A DNA stretch of 34,452 bases from contig JWZX01001759.1 in NCBI GenBank assembly GCA_001275005.1, forward strand, positions 1 to 34,452, in the 5' to 3' direction. The stretch's first letter is position 1; each line of letters opens with the position of its first letter. Positions 20,449 to 30,948 of the stretch are shown here, piece by piece. The translations under genes and the position numbers were made by a program. Below the pieces are notes generated by a model that was not told the origin of the DNA, made no database searches, and was given only the letters and a program-made list of their open reading frames with translations. The stretch comes from Chrysochromulina tobinii (Eukaryota).

Positions 20449-22710
20449 ATGAGCGCCTCCAAGTGTTCGACCTGTGGCGTGCGCTGGGCCGACCCCTCAG
20501 CGGCGGATGGCCGCTGCCGCTCGTGCACACGAAATTTGGGGAGCGCCGCAGCCGATGGTGCTCCCGCGGCGGCCCCCTCACTCCGTGTGGCGGCAAATGC
20601 CGTAAGGGTCGCCGCTCCGCGTCCTGGTGCAGCCGCCAACCCTGTTGCCCGGACCGCCGCGCCACCGATTCCCACCAAAGCCGCCGCGCCCGCGGGCCGA
20701 GCCCCCGCCAGCGGCACTCGCCCAGCGACCCTTCCCGGATCACGTCCGTCGTCAACCCGTCCAGGTACACTCAGCACTGCAGCCGCTCCCGCCGCCCAAG
20801 GGCCACCTCGGCCGTCGCCAGCGTCGCGCGCGGCGGAAGCTCGTGCTGATGCCGCGGCGGAGCTTCGTGCTGCTGCCACGGCGGCGCGCGCGGCGTCGTC
20901 GCGCGCGGCGGAAGCTCGTGCTGATGCCGTCGTGGATGCTCATGCAGCCGCCGAGGCGCTTGCTCGTGCTACTGCCGCTTCGGAGGCTCGAAGTGCCGCC
21001 GCGTCGGCGCGCCCATCACCGCGAGAGCTTCGTGCCGCCGGCGGCGACGACGACTACCTCCTGCAGGCAGTGCTAGCAGCATCCCTCGAGGAGATGGCCG
21101 GTGAGGACTTTGTGGGCCGACTTGGCCTCGGTGGCGCGAGCGCGGTGGCGCCGGCGAGCCTCGCGGAGCTGCGCGCGATCGTTGGGGAGGACGCGAGCGA
21201 CGCCGGGCTCGAGCGGCTCATCCTGCAGGCCGACGGCGACCTGAGCGTGGCGCTGGAGCTCTATCTTGCTTCGCCTGTAGCGTACGCGAGCGATGCGGCC
21301 GCACTGGTGGAAGACGACGACGGGATGGGAGCTGCGAGTTGCATTGAAGGGGTGTGGGCTACAACGCTTGCGCTGCTGCCTCCGGAGGATGCCGAGGAGG
21401 CTCACCAGGCGTACGTGTGGCGCGGCGATCGGATCGTGTTGCCTCACGCGGCGCTCGGTGCCTTCTTGGACGCTCTCCATGCGCGCACTGGCCGCCGTCA
21501 GCCGCCCAACCCAATTTGCATGCGTCTCTGCCTCTCAGGCGCGTCGCGCGTCTGTGGAATCGCCGACTGGAGCGCGCCCGAGGGTACGGTCATCGTGCCG
21601 CAGTGGCTGCTGGACGAGATGACGATGGCGTCGGGGCGCGTGGCGACGCTCGGCGAGCCCGTGGGTGTGGAAAGTGCGGACGTGCCCCGCGCCACCTCCC
21701 TCTCATTGCGCCCTCTCGGCCAGGCCGTGCGCCTCCTTAGCCGCGAGCGGCAGGTCGAGCTGCTCACACGGGGCGTGCAGGATATCTTCACGAACGTGCG
21801 AGTGGGCGATCACCTCGACATCGCCGGTGAAGGGGGCGGCAAGTTCGAGGTGGTTGCATGCCGTGGCAAGTTGGACGAGCGGATGGGGGGCGCTGGAGCC
21901 TCACGCGGCGGCGGCGGCGAAGACGCGCGCGGCGGCACCACGCAGGAGGCCGTTTGCGTGGTCGCCGCCGACAACGGTGATCTCGAGTTCGATCTCGATC
22001 TCGAAGAGAGCGTCGAGCGTGAGGGTGCGCGCCTTCGGTTCGAGGCGGCGCGAGAGGCGTACAAGCAGACGCTCGAGGGTGCGGCGATCTCGGGACGATC
22101 TCGGCTGCTGCTCGACGAGCCGATCGCGCGAGATCAGCTGCGCGCGCTCGTGAACGCGGCGGACGAGGCAGTCGAGGCGGGCTGTGAATTCGGCGAGGAG
22201 CTCGATCTCGCGCGATCTGGCCTGCAGGCCGCCGATAGGCTCGTCGAGTTGGAGCGGTTGGCACACGAGGCCCAGGCCCAGGCCGAGGCCGCTCGCGAGG
22301 CAGAGGCAGTCGGACTCGCCCAGGAGGCGTTCCAAGCGCAGGCGGCGGCCGAGGCGGCGCGGCACGCGGCCACTGCGCTCGCGGAGCAGCTCCAGGCGCG
22401 TCTGAGCGCTCTGGTTCCCGCTGAGCCGGAGGTTGGAGGCATGCCCATCCGCGTGCAGTGGCCGCACGGCGGCCAGCTGCAACGCCGCTTCGAGGCCGGC
22501 GCCACGCTCGAGCAGGTGCGCGCTTGGGTGGTGACTGCGTACCCGGCCGACGCGCCCACGCCGCTCACCGAGGCCTTTGTGCTCAAGACGCGCCCTGTGC
22601 CCGGCACGCCCACGATCAAGCTTGACGAGTCCAACCGGCTCGTGACCGTCGAGGAGGCGGGATTGCGCGGGCAGACGCTCATGTTTGACTTGTCCGGGGG
22701 CTGTCCATAG
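20449..22710 (+). CDS. Putative p97/Cdc48 adaptor: UIM + UBA-like + UFD1-like + coiled coil + UBX
   Basis: UIM DDDYLLQAVLAASL; UBA-like LERLILQADGDLSVALELYL; UFD1-like GDRIVLP...CGIADWSAPEGTVIVPQWLL...VPRATSLSLRP; UBX IRVQWPHGGQLQRRF...TLEQVRAWV. Confidence 0.75.
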   Translation: MSASKCSTCGVRWADPSAADGRCRSCTRNLGSAAADGAPAAAPSLRVAANAVRVAAPRPGAAANPVARTAAPPIPTKAAAPAGRAPASGTRPATLPGSRPSSTRPGTLSTAAAPAAQGPPRPSPASRAAEARADAAAELRAAATAARAASSRAAEARADAVVDAHAAAEALARATAASEARSAAASARPSPRELRAAGGDDDYLLQAVLAASLEEMAGEDFVGRLGLGGASAVAPASLAELRAIVGEDASDAGLERLILQADGDLSVALELYLASPVAYASDAAALVEDDDGMGAASCIEGVWATTLALLPPEDAEEAHQAYVWRGDRIVLPHAALGAFLDALHARTGRRQPPNPICMRLCLSGASRVCGIADWSAPEGTVIVPQWLLDEMTMASGRVATLGEPVGVESADVPRATSLSLRPLGQAVRLLSRERQVELLTRGVQDIFTNVRVGDHLDIAGEGGGKFEVVACRGKLDERMGGAGASRGGGGEDARGGTTQEAVCVVAADNGDLEFDLDLEESVEREGARLRFEAAREAYKQTLEGAAISGRSRLLLDEPIARDQLRALVNAADEAVEAGCEFGEELDLARSGLQAADRLVELERLAHEAQAQAEAAREAEAVGLAQEAFQAQAAAEAARHAATALAEQLQARLSALVPAEPEVGGMPIRVQWPHGGQLQRRFEAGATLEQVRAWVVTAYPADAPTPLTEAFVLKTRPVPGTPTIKLDESNRLVTVEEAGLRGQTLMFDLSGGCP

Positions 22711-22903
22711 CTGGATCCGCAAAAAGCTTTTTAAGGGGCTGGAACACCTTCAGTGCTTCGGCTTCAGGGGCTAACAAACTTTTGGGGGGGACCGCGACGA
22801 AACTGACTGACTTCCTGTTGTTTGCAAACTTTCGAAGTTCTGAAGTCCCGAAGAAACAGAGTTGCCTCTGCCTGTTCACCTTCTGTCGGTCTTCCGCACG
22901 GCG

Positions 22904-24217
22904 ATGATTGACGAGGCTGCGAAATACGTCGAGGCTGGCATGGCCGATGACGACAGCCTGGACTTTGACGGCTTCTCCGAGCTTGTGCGCGTCCGCGAGG
23001 GCGGCGAGCACTCAGCCGCAGAATTGCGGGCTCGCTTCCGCATGATGGACACCACAGGGAGCGGTCGCGTTAAGAAGCAGGACTACCCGCTTTTCCTGCT
23101 CCGGGCTGCGCTCGCTCAATCGGTATCGTACGTCCAGGAAATCTTTCAGAGGTGGGACGCGGACGGCAACGGGATGGTTGACGCGAGCGAGTTCCGGAAG
23201 GCAATCATCTCGCTCGGCTTAGCGGACGTGATGCCTGCAACCATCGACCAGGTCTTCCGTGAGCTCGATGATGATGGGTCTGGGTCCGTCTCGTACCGTG
23301 AGCTCGACCGCAGACTCCGTAAGTTCGCCGGCATCAGCGTGACGCAGCGGCACGACCTTCGGAAGGTGTCAGGAGGGCGGCGCGGCGCGGCGCTCGCGAC
23401 GACGGTCAAGCTGGACCGCGCGAGTGGCAAGTCGATCCCCACGCTGCTGAGCGAGGCGCTCGCGTCCCGTGGTGTCCGCGTGATGGACCTCTTCCACGAC
23501 TGGGATGAAGATGGCTCAGGGCGGATAGACCAAGAGGAGTTTTTCCGAGGCACCGTCGCTCTGAAACTCGACGTGACACGCGCGGAATCGAATGAGCTCT
23601 TCGACGAGTTTGATACGGACGGCTCGGGCGAGGTCGACTTTCGCGAACTCAACAAGCTGCTTCGCAGGCGCCTCATGGTCGAGCGGACAGCTGGCAGGCC
23701 GAGCCCGTTGGAGATGTCGCGCGCTTCGCTGCTCAGGGTCAGACCCCCTGGGCCAGCGCGCGCGTCGCTGGCGCAAGCGTCAGGTGCAACCGACGCGAGC
23801 GGATCTTCCACAGTCGTCCATCTGCCCTCGCCGCGCCAGGCCCTCCTCTATCAGCATGGGCTGGTCGCGGAGTACCAGACCGATCGTAACGAGCAGTGCG
23901 CGTTCCGACGCGACATCACGCCGGGATTGCGATCCGAGTACACGGGAAGCATGCCGCCAAATCCCTGGGTGAAACCACCCGAGCTGACGAAACTCGCCTC
24001 GCTCTGGCTGCAGCCCGCGCGTGGGCAGGAGTGGCGCAATCGGGGCCAGTCCGGCCTGAGCGGCCTGGCCTCACCTCTGGTCTCACCGCGAGGGGCGCCC
24101 GGTGCGGCGCCCGGTGCGGCACCACCGCACGCACGCCCCTCCGCTCTGCTCTCGCCTCGCGGGCCGCTGCCGTCACGCATGAAGCCGTCGGCCGGCATCA
24201 CCCTTACTGCCTTGTAG
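22904..24217 (+). CDS. Multi-EF-hand calcium-binding protein
   Basis: EF loops DTTGSGRVKKQD, DADGNGMVDASE, DDDGSGSVSYRE, DEDGSGRIDQEE, DTDGSGEVDFRE; low-complexity tail. Confidence 0.85.
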   Translation: MIDEAAKYVEAGMADDDSLDFDGFSELVRVREGGEHSAAELRARFRMMDTTGSGRVKKQDYPLFLLRAALAQSVSYVQEIFQRWDADGNGMVDASEFRKAIISLGLADVMPATIDQVFRELDDDGSGSVSYRELDRRLRKFAGISVTQRHDLRKVSGGRRGAALATTVKLDRASGKSIPTLLSEALASRGVRVMDLFHDWDEDGSGRIDQEEFFRGTVALKLDVTRAESNELFDEFDTDGSGEVDFRELNKLLRRRLMVERTAGRPSPLEMSRASLLRVRPPGPARASLAQASGATDASGSSTVVHLPSPRQALLYQHGLVAEYQTDRNEQCAFRRDITPGLRSEYTGSMPPNPWVKPPELTKLASLWLQPARGQEWRNRGQSGLSGLASPLVSPRGAPGAAPGAAPPHARPSALLSPRGPLPSRMKPSAGITLTAL

Positions 24218-24904
24218 CCGCCGTGCCTGCGAGGCGAGGCCGCACTAGTTGCCGCACTGAGTCCAACTGGCCGCTGCGGCATCTCGCATCTGATCGCAGA
24301 CGGCCCGATAGCGGGCCGGCGACAGGCGTCAGGTTGCGCGTGCCGCGTGGATACCGCGACACCACACATGCCACGCACAAACACGCGTGTGAGAAAGAAA
24401 AAGTACCCACACGGCCATCCGCACGTATGTGGATGGCGGTGTGTTAGGCGGTGTGGGGAAACTTTGGAGGTTCAATACGGTTCAATATGTGTACAATGTG
24501 ACGCGCGAGAAGGTTCAAGGTAACTCTCCACGATCCAGCGGTCGGGTGGCCGGTGCCACCGACGATCATCGTCACGATCGGATCGGGATAAACGCGATAA
24601 TGGTCGCAATGGCTTCGCTTTTATTGTGCGCTTTCGCTTCGATTATTCGCTTACCGCTTCGCGCTTGCGCTTTTCACGGTAAGCCTTTTGAAAGTCGAGA
24701 CTCGAGTGCGGAGTGGCGTCGCGTCGTCTTCACGAACACGCGGCCACAGGGGACCAAAGGAAAAGCATCGCTCAGGGGTGTGCACATGGAAGGCACACGG
24801 CCTTTACACATGACAATGCGTCACGCAGGTGCACTCAGGCAGCGACGCCACAGCCGTGCATGGCGCTGAGGGTAGACGCGGCTGCCGCCTTCGCCGCCTT
24901 CGCC

Positions 24905-27767
24905 TCAGAAGCCAGTGAAGAGCTCCGAGTCGGCGGGCTTGCACGGCTTCGCATCAGTGACGATTCTCTCCGCGGGCAGCCATTCGTACTTGGACGCATC
25001 GAAGAGGGGAGGCTTAAAGGCAGAGCCGCGCTGCGCATAGTCGGTCCAGTCGAAGCCCGATTTGGCATAAAAGGGGTGCTCCTTGATGTCCTTGCAGCCG
25101 TCGCGCAGGTTGCCATACCGCTTCGAGATATCCTTCTGGAGCAGCTTGGAGATCAGATCTGCCGCATCGATGTTCATCTCGGGCGGGTAGTGGACCGTGC
25201 CGTCGAGGATCTTTTGGTACGTCGCTAGGTGGTCCTCGGCCTCAAAGGGCGAGTGGCCGTTGAGCATCTCGTAGAAGAGAACGCCCATCGCCCAGTAGTC
25301 GACTGCCTTCGAGTGCCCCTTCTCGAGGATGATCTCGGGCGCGAGATACTCTGGTGTTCCACAGAGCGTCCACGAGCGGTACTTGATGACCTTCGCGAAG
25401 CCAAAGTCGGTCAGCTTGAGCGCGCCGTCCTGGGCGACCAGGATGTTCTCGAGCTTGAGGTCGCGGTGTACGATGCCCATACTGTGCATGTACTCGAGAG
25501 GAAGCATCACCTGCCGAGGGCGAGCGACCGCGGGCGGTAAGTGGGGGTTGTGTGTGTCTGTGTAGGGGTGGGGGTGGGGGGGAGGGCAGAGGGCGGAAGG
25601 CGCGTGCCTGCGACACGTAGATACGCGTGTCGGGGACGGAGAAGCGCTTGTGCTTATACAGCTGGTCGAACAGGTCGCCGCCCGGGCAGAACTCCATGAT
25701 GAGAATGAGGTTGGACGGGGTGACAAAGCCGGCCCACTTGTTGGTAACGAATGGATGCGCTATCCTGTCGAGGATCTGCGTCTCCTGCATAATGTGCTCC
25801 ACCTGGCCCATCGAGACAATGTCCGCCTTCTGCATCTGCTTGAGTGCAAAGACCTCGCCCGTGCTCCTCACGCGGCATCGGCGCACTGTACCGAACGCGC
25901 CTTCGCCGAGCGTCCCTTTGGTCACTGTGAAGTCACTCAGCGTCATCGGGCGCTGCGCCTTGATGTACTTGTGCTCGTTGGGCATCTCGACGCCTGCGCT
26001 CGCGCTGCCGGTGCTCTCCGCGTCCGCGTCGCTTGCCTGCTGCTGCAACTCGGCGCCGCTCGCAGTGTACTTGCGCATCGCGAGCAGTTCCCCCAGCGGC
26101 CCTAGAAGCCGTTGGAAGGCGCCGCGGTCCATACGCACGACGGTCGTGCCCGCGGCGGCGGCGGTCACTGACGCCATCGTGGGCGCCCCCGTCTTGAGTG
26201 ACAACTCTCCGAAGTAGTCTCCCTGATGAGGGATCACTCAGATGCAATCAGATGCAATCAGATGCAATCAGATGCAATCAGAGGAGACACGTTCGGAGCA
26301 TACCTCCCTGCGACGTGCGAGCTCGCCCTGGCCCGCCTTGGTGATCACCACCTCGCCTCGCGCGATCACATAAAAGTGGGTGCCTTCCTCGCCCTCGGTG
26401 ATGATCGCGTCATCCTGGGCGTAGGTGACCTCCTCGAGCGCATCCACCATGCGGTTGCGCTGGTCCTTGTCCAGCGGCGCGAGCAGTGGCACCTTTTCGA
26501 GGAACGATTCATAGCTCGCCGCCTTCTTCGTGTTCGCCTCGAGCACGATCGTGCGGAACGAGACGCGATCGAGCGACCATAGCACAACGGGAGTCGCCGC
26601 CTGGATCGTCGCCGTGCGCGGGCAATTGTACATGAGCGCGAGCTCCCCAAACGACTCGCCCGCCCGGAAGCCCCTGACGCGCACCGGGTGGCTGTCGGGA
26701 TCCTCCCCCTGCACAAACGCATCGAGCTCGCCACTGTCCACGATGAAGAAGTGGTTCCCCTTCTCGCCTTGCGTGATGACATTCTGACCGGGGTGTATTG
26801 TGTGCTCCATCATGGCCTCCTGCAGCATCGTCAGCTGCATCTCGTTGAGCCGCGAGAAGATGACGTTGCGACTCACCGCCCCCATGATGCGCGCTACCTG
26901 CTCCGTGGTCTTCTTCTTCCCAGATGCGACCTTGCCGGTCAAGACGCCTGTCGTCGCCTCCGCCGCCTCACCAAAGCGGCGGCCGCGCATCTTGCTGCCG
27001 GCCGGGGCGCCCTCAGCCTTGAGCGCGAGCTGCTGCTGACCCGCCTCCCGCACGAACGCATGCAACGGCACCAGCTTCAAGAAATCCTCCTTTCGGAACG
27101 TGGCGCACCACACCGCCGTCTCCGCGCGGCGTGTCTCCTGGTGCTTCGAGTTCTGCAGAAGCTCGACGTGCCCAAAGTAGGCCTGCCGGCCGTACTTGGT
27201 GCTCTCGGCTGGGCCGCCCGCGACCGCGACCACCGTGCCTTCACGCACGACGAAGAACTTATTGTCGCCCGGTGTGCCGACCTCGTGCATCGTGGCGCCT
27301 GCCGCGTAGCGCACCTCGCGGCACGCGTCGGCGAGCAGCCCAAGCTCGTAGTCTTCGGAGAGCTCGGCGAAGATTGGAAGCAGCCTGAGAAAGGGGACCC
27401 ACTCGGCGCGCTTCTTGACGATCTTGTCGCCGAGCGCTGCATTGAACGCGCGCCGATTCACCATGAGCAGAGTCACCTCCGGCGAGGTCGCCATGATGCT
27501 CGCGCTGCGCGGCTTGCCGGTCAGCAGCGAAAGCTCACCGCACCACGAGCCGGCGGTGAGGGAGCGGACGTTGCGCCGCTCACCCGCGCTGTCCGCCATC
27601 CACACGTCGCACGTGCCGCTCTTGATCAGGTAGAAATTGTTGCCCTTGTCCCCTTGCCGCATGATGACCTCCTGTTGCTTCACCTGGACCTCTGCCATCG
27701 AGTCGACGAAGCCTCTCCGCTCCTCGTCGGTGTCCATGTAATTGTGCAGCAGCGCACAAGGTGGCAT
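24905..27767 (-). CDS. Cyclic-nucleotide-dependent kinase: four cNMP-binding domains fused to a PKA-C-like kinase domain; exons ~27767-26304, 26222-25608, 25510-24905 (5' end uncertain)
   Basis: Phosphate-binding cassette motifs CGELSLLTGKPRSAS, FGELALMYNCPRTAT, YFGELSLKTGAPTMAS; kinase LGEGAFG, HRDLKLEN, WTLCGTPEYLAPE, KRYGNLRDG, ends FTGF-stop. Confidence 0.88.
25511..25607 (-). other. GC-AG intron
   Basis: CAG|GCACGC...CTCGGCAG|GTG gives YVSQ|VMLPLEYMH in frame. Confidence 0.8.
26223..26303 (-). other. Repeat-family intron #5
   Basis: GAG|GTATGC...(TGATTGCATC)4 TGAGTGATCCCTCATCAG|GGAGAC gives ARRRE|GDYFGEL. Confidence 0.88.
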
Positions 27768-28223
27768 GACCTCGAACGAGCCCGCCGCCGACTTGAGTTG
27801 CCTGAGATTCCAGCAGCGCAGGTGCGCGCAGAGGCGTGAGAGCAAAGGAAGAAAGCGCAGACGAATGGTGAAGCGGCCTCAGGACGTCAAGGCGCGCCGG
27901 GTTCAAGAGGCAGGGGAGGAGCGTACGGTCGCTCATACGTCTTCTGGCCGCTAGCAGGCGCAGCCGTGGGCATCGGCACAGGCAGTCGCAGGCCGGTCCG
28001 CGGCCGTGAAGAGAGGAAAGTGCAGTCGCGATCGGCAAACTTGTTACCGGTATCCAAGCCGAGCGCACGAAGAAAATAGTCTCAGCTATGGCATCGCGTC
28101 ATCCCGGCACCTAGCGGTGCTTTTCAACGGTGGGGAGTCGGGACACAAAACGGTAAGCGCGCGGCACGGCCGCGACATGAAAGCGTCTTCGAGTCTCGGC
28201 CGTGCCCTTTTTCTCCCGCGAGC

Positions 28224-30440
28224 ATGTCCGACGACGTGTGTTCGCAGACCTCCGCCGCCTTCTGGGCGCAGGGTGGCCCTCGCACAACGCAGTGCATAGG
28301 CGCAGCAGCCCTGGAGCAGTTTGCTGCCATCTCCTTGCGGAAAGAGGCTGGTGGTGCAGGCAGACATTGTCTGCCTGCGGGCAGTGCGGCACTCGTGATC
28401 GGTGGCAACAAAGGCGACGACTGTGCGGGATGGGCCCGGCTGCTATCCGGTGACGACACCCTGAATGCATCCGCTTGGCGTGCAGAGTTGCTTCGGCATA
28501 TTACTGGCAAAGTCGACGCGTCGGTGCGCAAAATCGGCACGAGTGCATGCATTGGCGAGTATCCGCTCGCACGACAAAGTGCGGTGCGAGCCCACGTGTT
28601 TTGTGTCGAGGCCCTGCCAGCAAACTCCCGCATCCTTGGAGCAGCTGTCAGAGCCGCGCCGTGGAGCAGCTACATGACGACGATCGCAGCCGCTGCCGTT
28701 TCCCCGACTCAAAAGATGGCAAGTGGCACGGTGCCGTTTCCGAACTGGGAAGTCTTTGGATTCGAGAGCATCGGACTCGGCTCGCGACCGGGCATACCTG
28801 ACGCGCAGGTGGAAGCCGTCACCGCAGATGATCTCGTTCGCTCACACATGAGTGGATTCACACCCGCTGTGCTCACGGTAGACACGGAGGGCAATGATCC
28901 TGAGGTGCTGCTTGGGTCGACGCAGCTGCTCGCGTCGGGGAGTGTGGGGTTTTTGCAGTTTGAGGTTCACAGCCAAGGCGCTTGGCGAAGCCATTTGCTC
29001 CGCGACACCATTGGCATGCTGGACAACCATAGCTACACGTGCTTCTGGGCTACCCAATCTGGAGCTCTCTACCGGATCACGGGCTGCTGGGAGCCCCGCT
29101 ATGACCAACGCAAGATCTGGAGCAATATCGTTTGCGCGAATCGCCGTTCCGCATGCTGGACCGAAGCACTTGAGCGTGCTGCCTACAGGCCCAACGCGCG
29201 CGCTACGCGGCAGCCACGCTCACTCAACGAGGTTGCACCCGATGAGTGGGCGAAGTCTCAGAAAATCGATTCGGACGATCCGACGAGGGCGCATCAAGAG
29301 CCGCCAGTAGGATCGACGCAAAATGTATCGGCGTTGGGCAACCTGAGCACGCTGCTTCACGGATCGACGCTCGCCAACCTCTCGACAGAGTGCTGTGCGG
29401 ATGGGAGGGTGCTCATGCAGCAGACGAGAGCGTGGCTGTCAGTTCCCTCGAGCTCCAATCGACCTGTGTTTGAGACTTGCTTGCAAGGCAGAAAATGGCC
29501 TCTCGGCCCCACGGAAAGACGTATATTTCATGAAGCGCTTCAGCATCGATGCCATTGGGTCAACGGGCTGGATTCGAGCGTTGCATGGGTTGTTCTTGAC
29601 TGCGGTGGCTACGGCCACAGTCAGCCGCCAGGGCGACGGCACGACAACGGTTCGCTGGCACGCTGTGCACCTGCTCACGTGAGTGTCGCGTGCGTGACCT
29701 GCTCAAAGCCGGATTTGCGTCCTGGAATCGACATGGGCTTCCCACCCATATCGTGGGGGACGAAGACCCTTGCGGCTTTGCGACCGAATTCGACGCAGGA
29801 TGTCGAACAGCGGTGCCTCTTCAACTACGAGCACCGCTTTGAGCGGTACCCGCTCGCCACATTTCGAGGCTCGTTCGCAAGCCGGTTTAGCCGTCATACC
29901 TATCCATATGACGGGTATAAGCGTACTTTGGGGCATTGGTTGCTCAACATGAGCAGGCACAATGTGAGCGTGCCGGGATGGGGCCACATACAGGTGTCGT
30001 TTACAGACTTCAAAGACAAGGCACCGGCGGCGATGGAGGGTGCGAAGACGCTTTGCACGAACTCGTACGAGGAAGACTTTCTGAAGAGCCAGTTCATCCT
30101 CGCGCCACGTGGGACCAATCTTTACTCGATGCGAGCCTTTGAGGCCATGTCTATGGGCGTGATCCCCATCATCATCTCGGATGATTGGGTCTTGCCATTC
30201 GAGGACGTCATCAACTGGTCGCAAGTCTCGGTGCGGCTGTCTGAGCTCGAGCTTGAGTCGTTACCTGCCAAACTTGCGTCGATGACCATCGAGCGAGTCT
30301 GCCAGATGCGCAAAAATGCGTTTGAGGCCTACCGCCGGTACCTGGAATCGCCGGCAGCATGGGAAGCTGGGATTGCAAGTTCTCTGGCCGCGAGGAGGAG
30401 GAGCAGCGCCGGTCCCACGCCGCCGTCTGACGGGCCGTAA
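28224..30440 (+). CDS. FkbM-family methyltransferase fused to an exostosin (GT47)-like domain
   Basis: VIGGNKGD...FCVEALPAN...VLTVDTEGNDPEVLLG...LQFEV (FkbM); SQFILAPRG...RAFEAMSMGVIPIIISDDWVLPFEDVINW (exostosin C-terminal signature). Confidence 0.8.
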   Translation: MSDDVCSQTSAAFWAQGGPRTTQCIGAAALEQFAAISLRKEAGGAGRHCLPAGSAALVIGGNKGDDCAGWARLLSGDDTLNASAWRAELLRHITGKVDASVRKIGTSACIGEYPLARQSAVRAHVFCVEALPANSRILGAAVRAAPWSSYMTTIAAAAVSPTQKMASGTVPFPNWEVFGFESIGLGSRPGIPDAQVEAVTADDLVRSHMSGFTPAVLTVDTEGNDPEVLLGSTQLLASGSVGFLQFEVHSQGAWRSHLLRDTIGMLDNHSYTCFWATQSGALYRITGCWEPRYDQRKIWSNIVCANRRSACWTEALERAAYRPNARATRQPRSLNEVAPDEWAKSQKIDSDDPTRAHQEPPVGSTQNVSALGNLSTLLHGSTLANLSTECCADGRVLMQQTRAWLSVPSSSNRPVFETCLQGRKWPLGPTERRIFHEALQHRCHWVNGLDSSVAWVVLDCGGYGHSQPPGRRHDNGSLARCAPAHVSVACVTCSKPDLRPGIDMGFPPISWGTKTLAALRPNSTQDVEQRCLFNYEHRFERYPLATFRGSFASRFSRHTYPYDGYKRTLGHWLLNMSRHNVSVPGWGHIQVSFTDFKDKAPAAMEGAKTLCTNSYEEDFLKSQFILAPRGTNLYSMRAFEAMSMGVIPIIISDDWVLPFEDVINWSQVSVRLSELELESLPAKLASMTIERVCQMRKNAFEAYRRYLESPAAWEAGIASSLAARRRSSAGPTPPSDGP

Positions 30441-30948
30441 CGAAACCTACCGGCACGATTGAAAGAATCCTGACTGCACGTCTCAAGCACAACGTACGTA
30501 GCGATAAGCCTGCGGATGCTGCGAGCTGCCTGACGTTGCGCAAGCCGCCAGCAGTGGGCGAGGCCTCGATGTCCTTTCGGAGTAGAGCTAGAGGATCCTC
30601 CGAGTGTCTAGAGCTGTCTTGTTATTCGAAGGGCAATACCAATAGGGCGCGTTAGGCGCGACGCCCATCGCGACTAGCCGCTACCGCTAGCCCTACAGTA
30701 CGCGCTAAGTATGGTACTCGGTCCATCGACCGCACCCGACTCCTACGTTGTTGGTGGTACGACGGTTCCCGGTTCGCCGATACATTACAGCTCGCGGGCT
30801 GTGCTACGGTACTACATCACCGCCTGCGAGTGCAGCTCGAGCTGGACTCTCAGCCGCCGTGTTGAGCCTCTGTAGCCGGCGTCGACAGGCGGGGCCACTT
30901 GCGCAAGCTGCTCAGACTGAGTGCAACCAAAGATCAGCCAGATTCGCG

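Noticed and set aside
24540..24680. Degenerate CGAT/GCTTC-rich tract (similar low-complexity tracts near 14930-15050 and 30640-30760)
   Set aside because: No consistent unit, terminal repeats or RNA fold evident; treated as low-complexity DNA between convergent genes.
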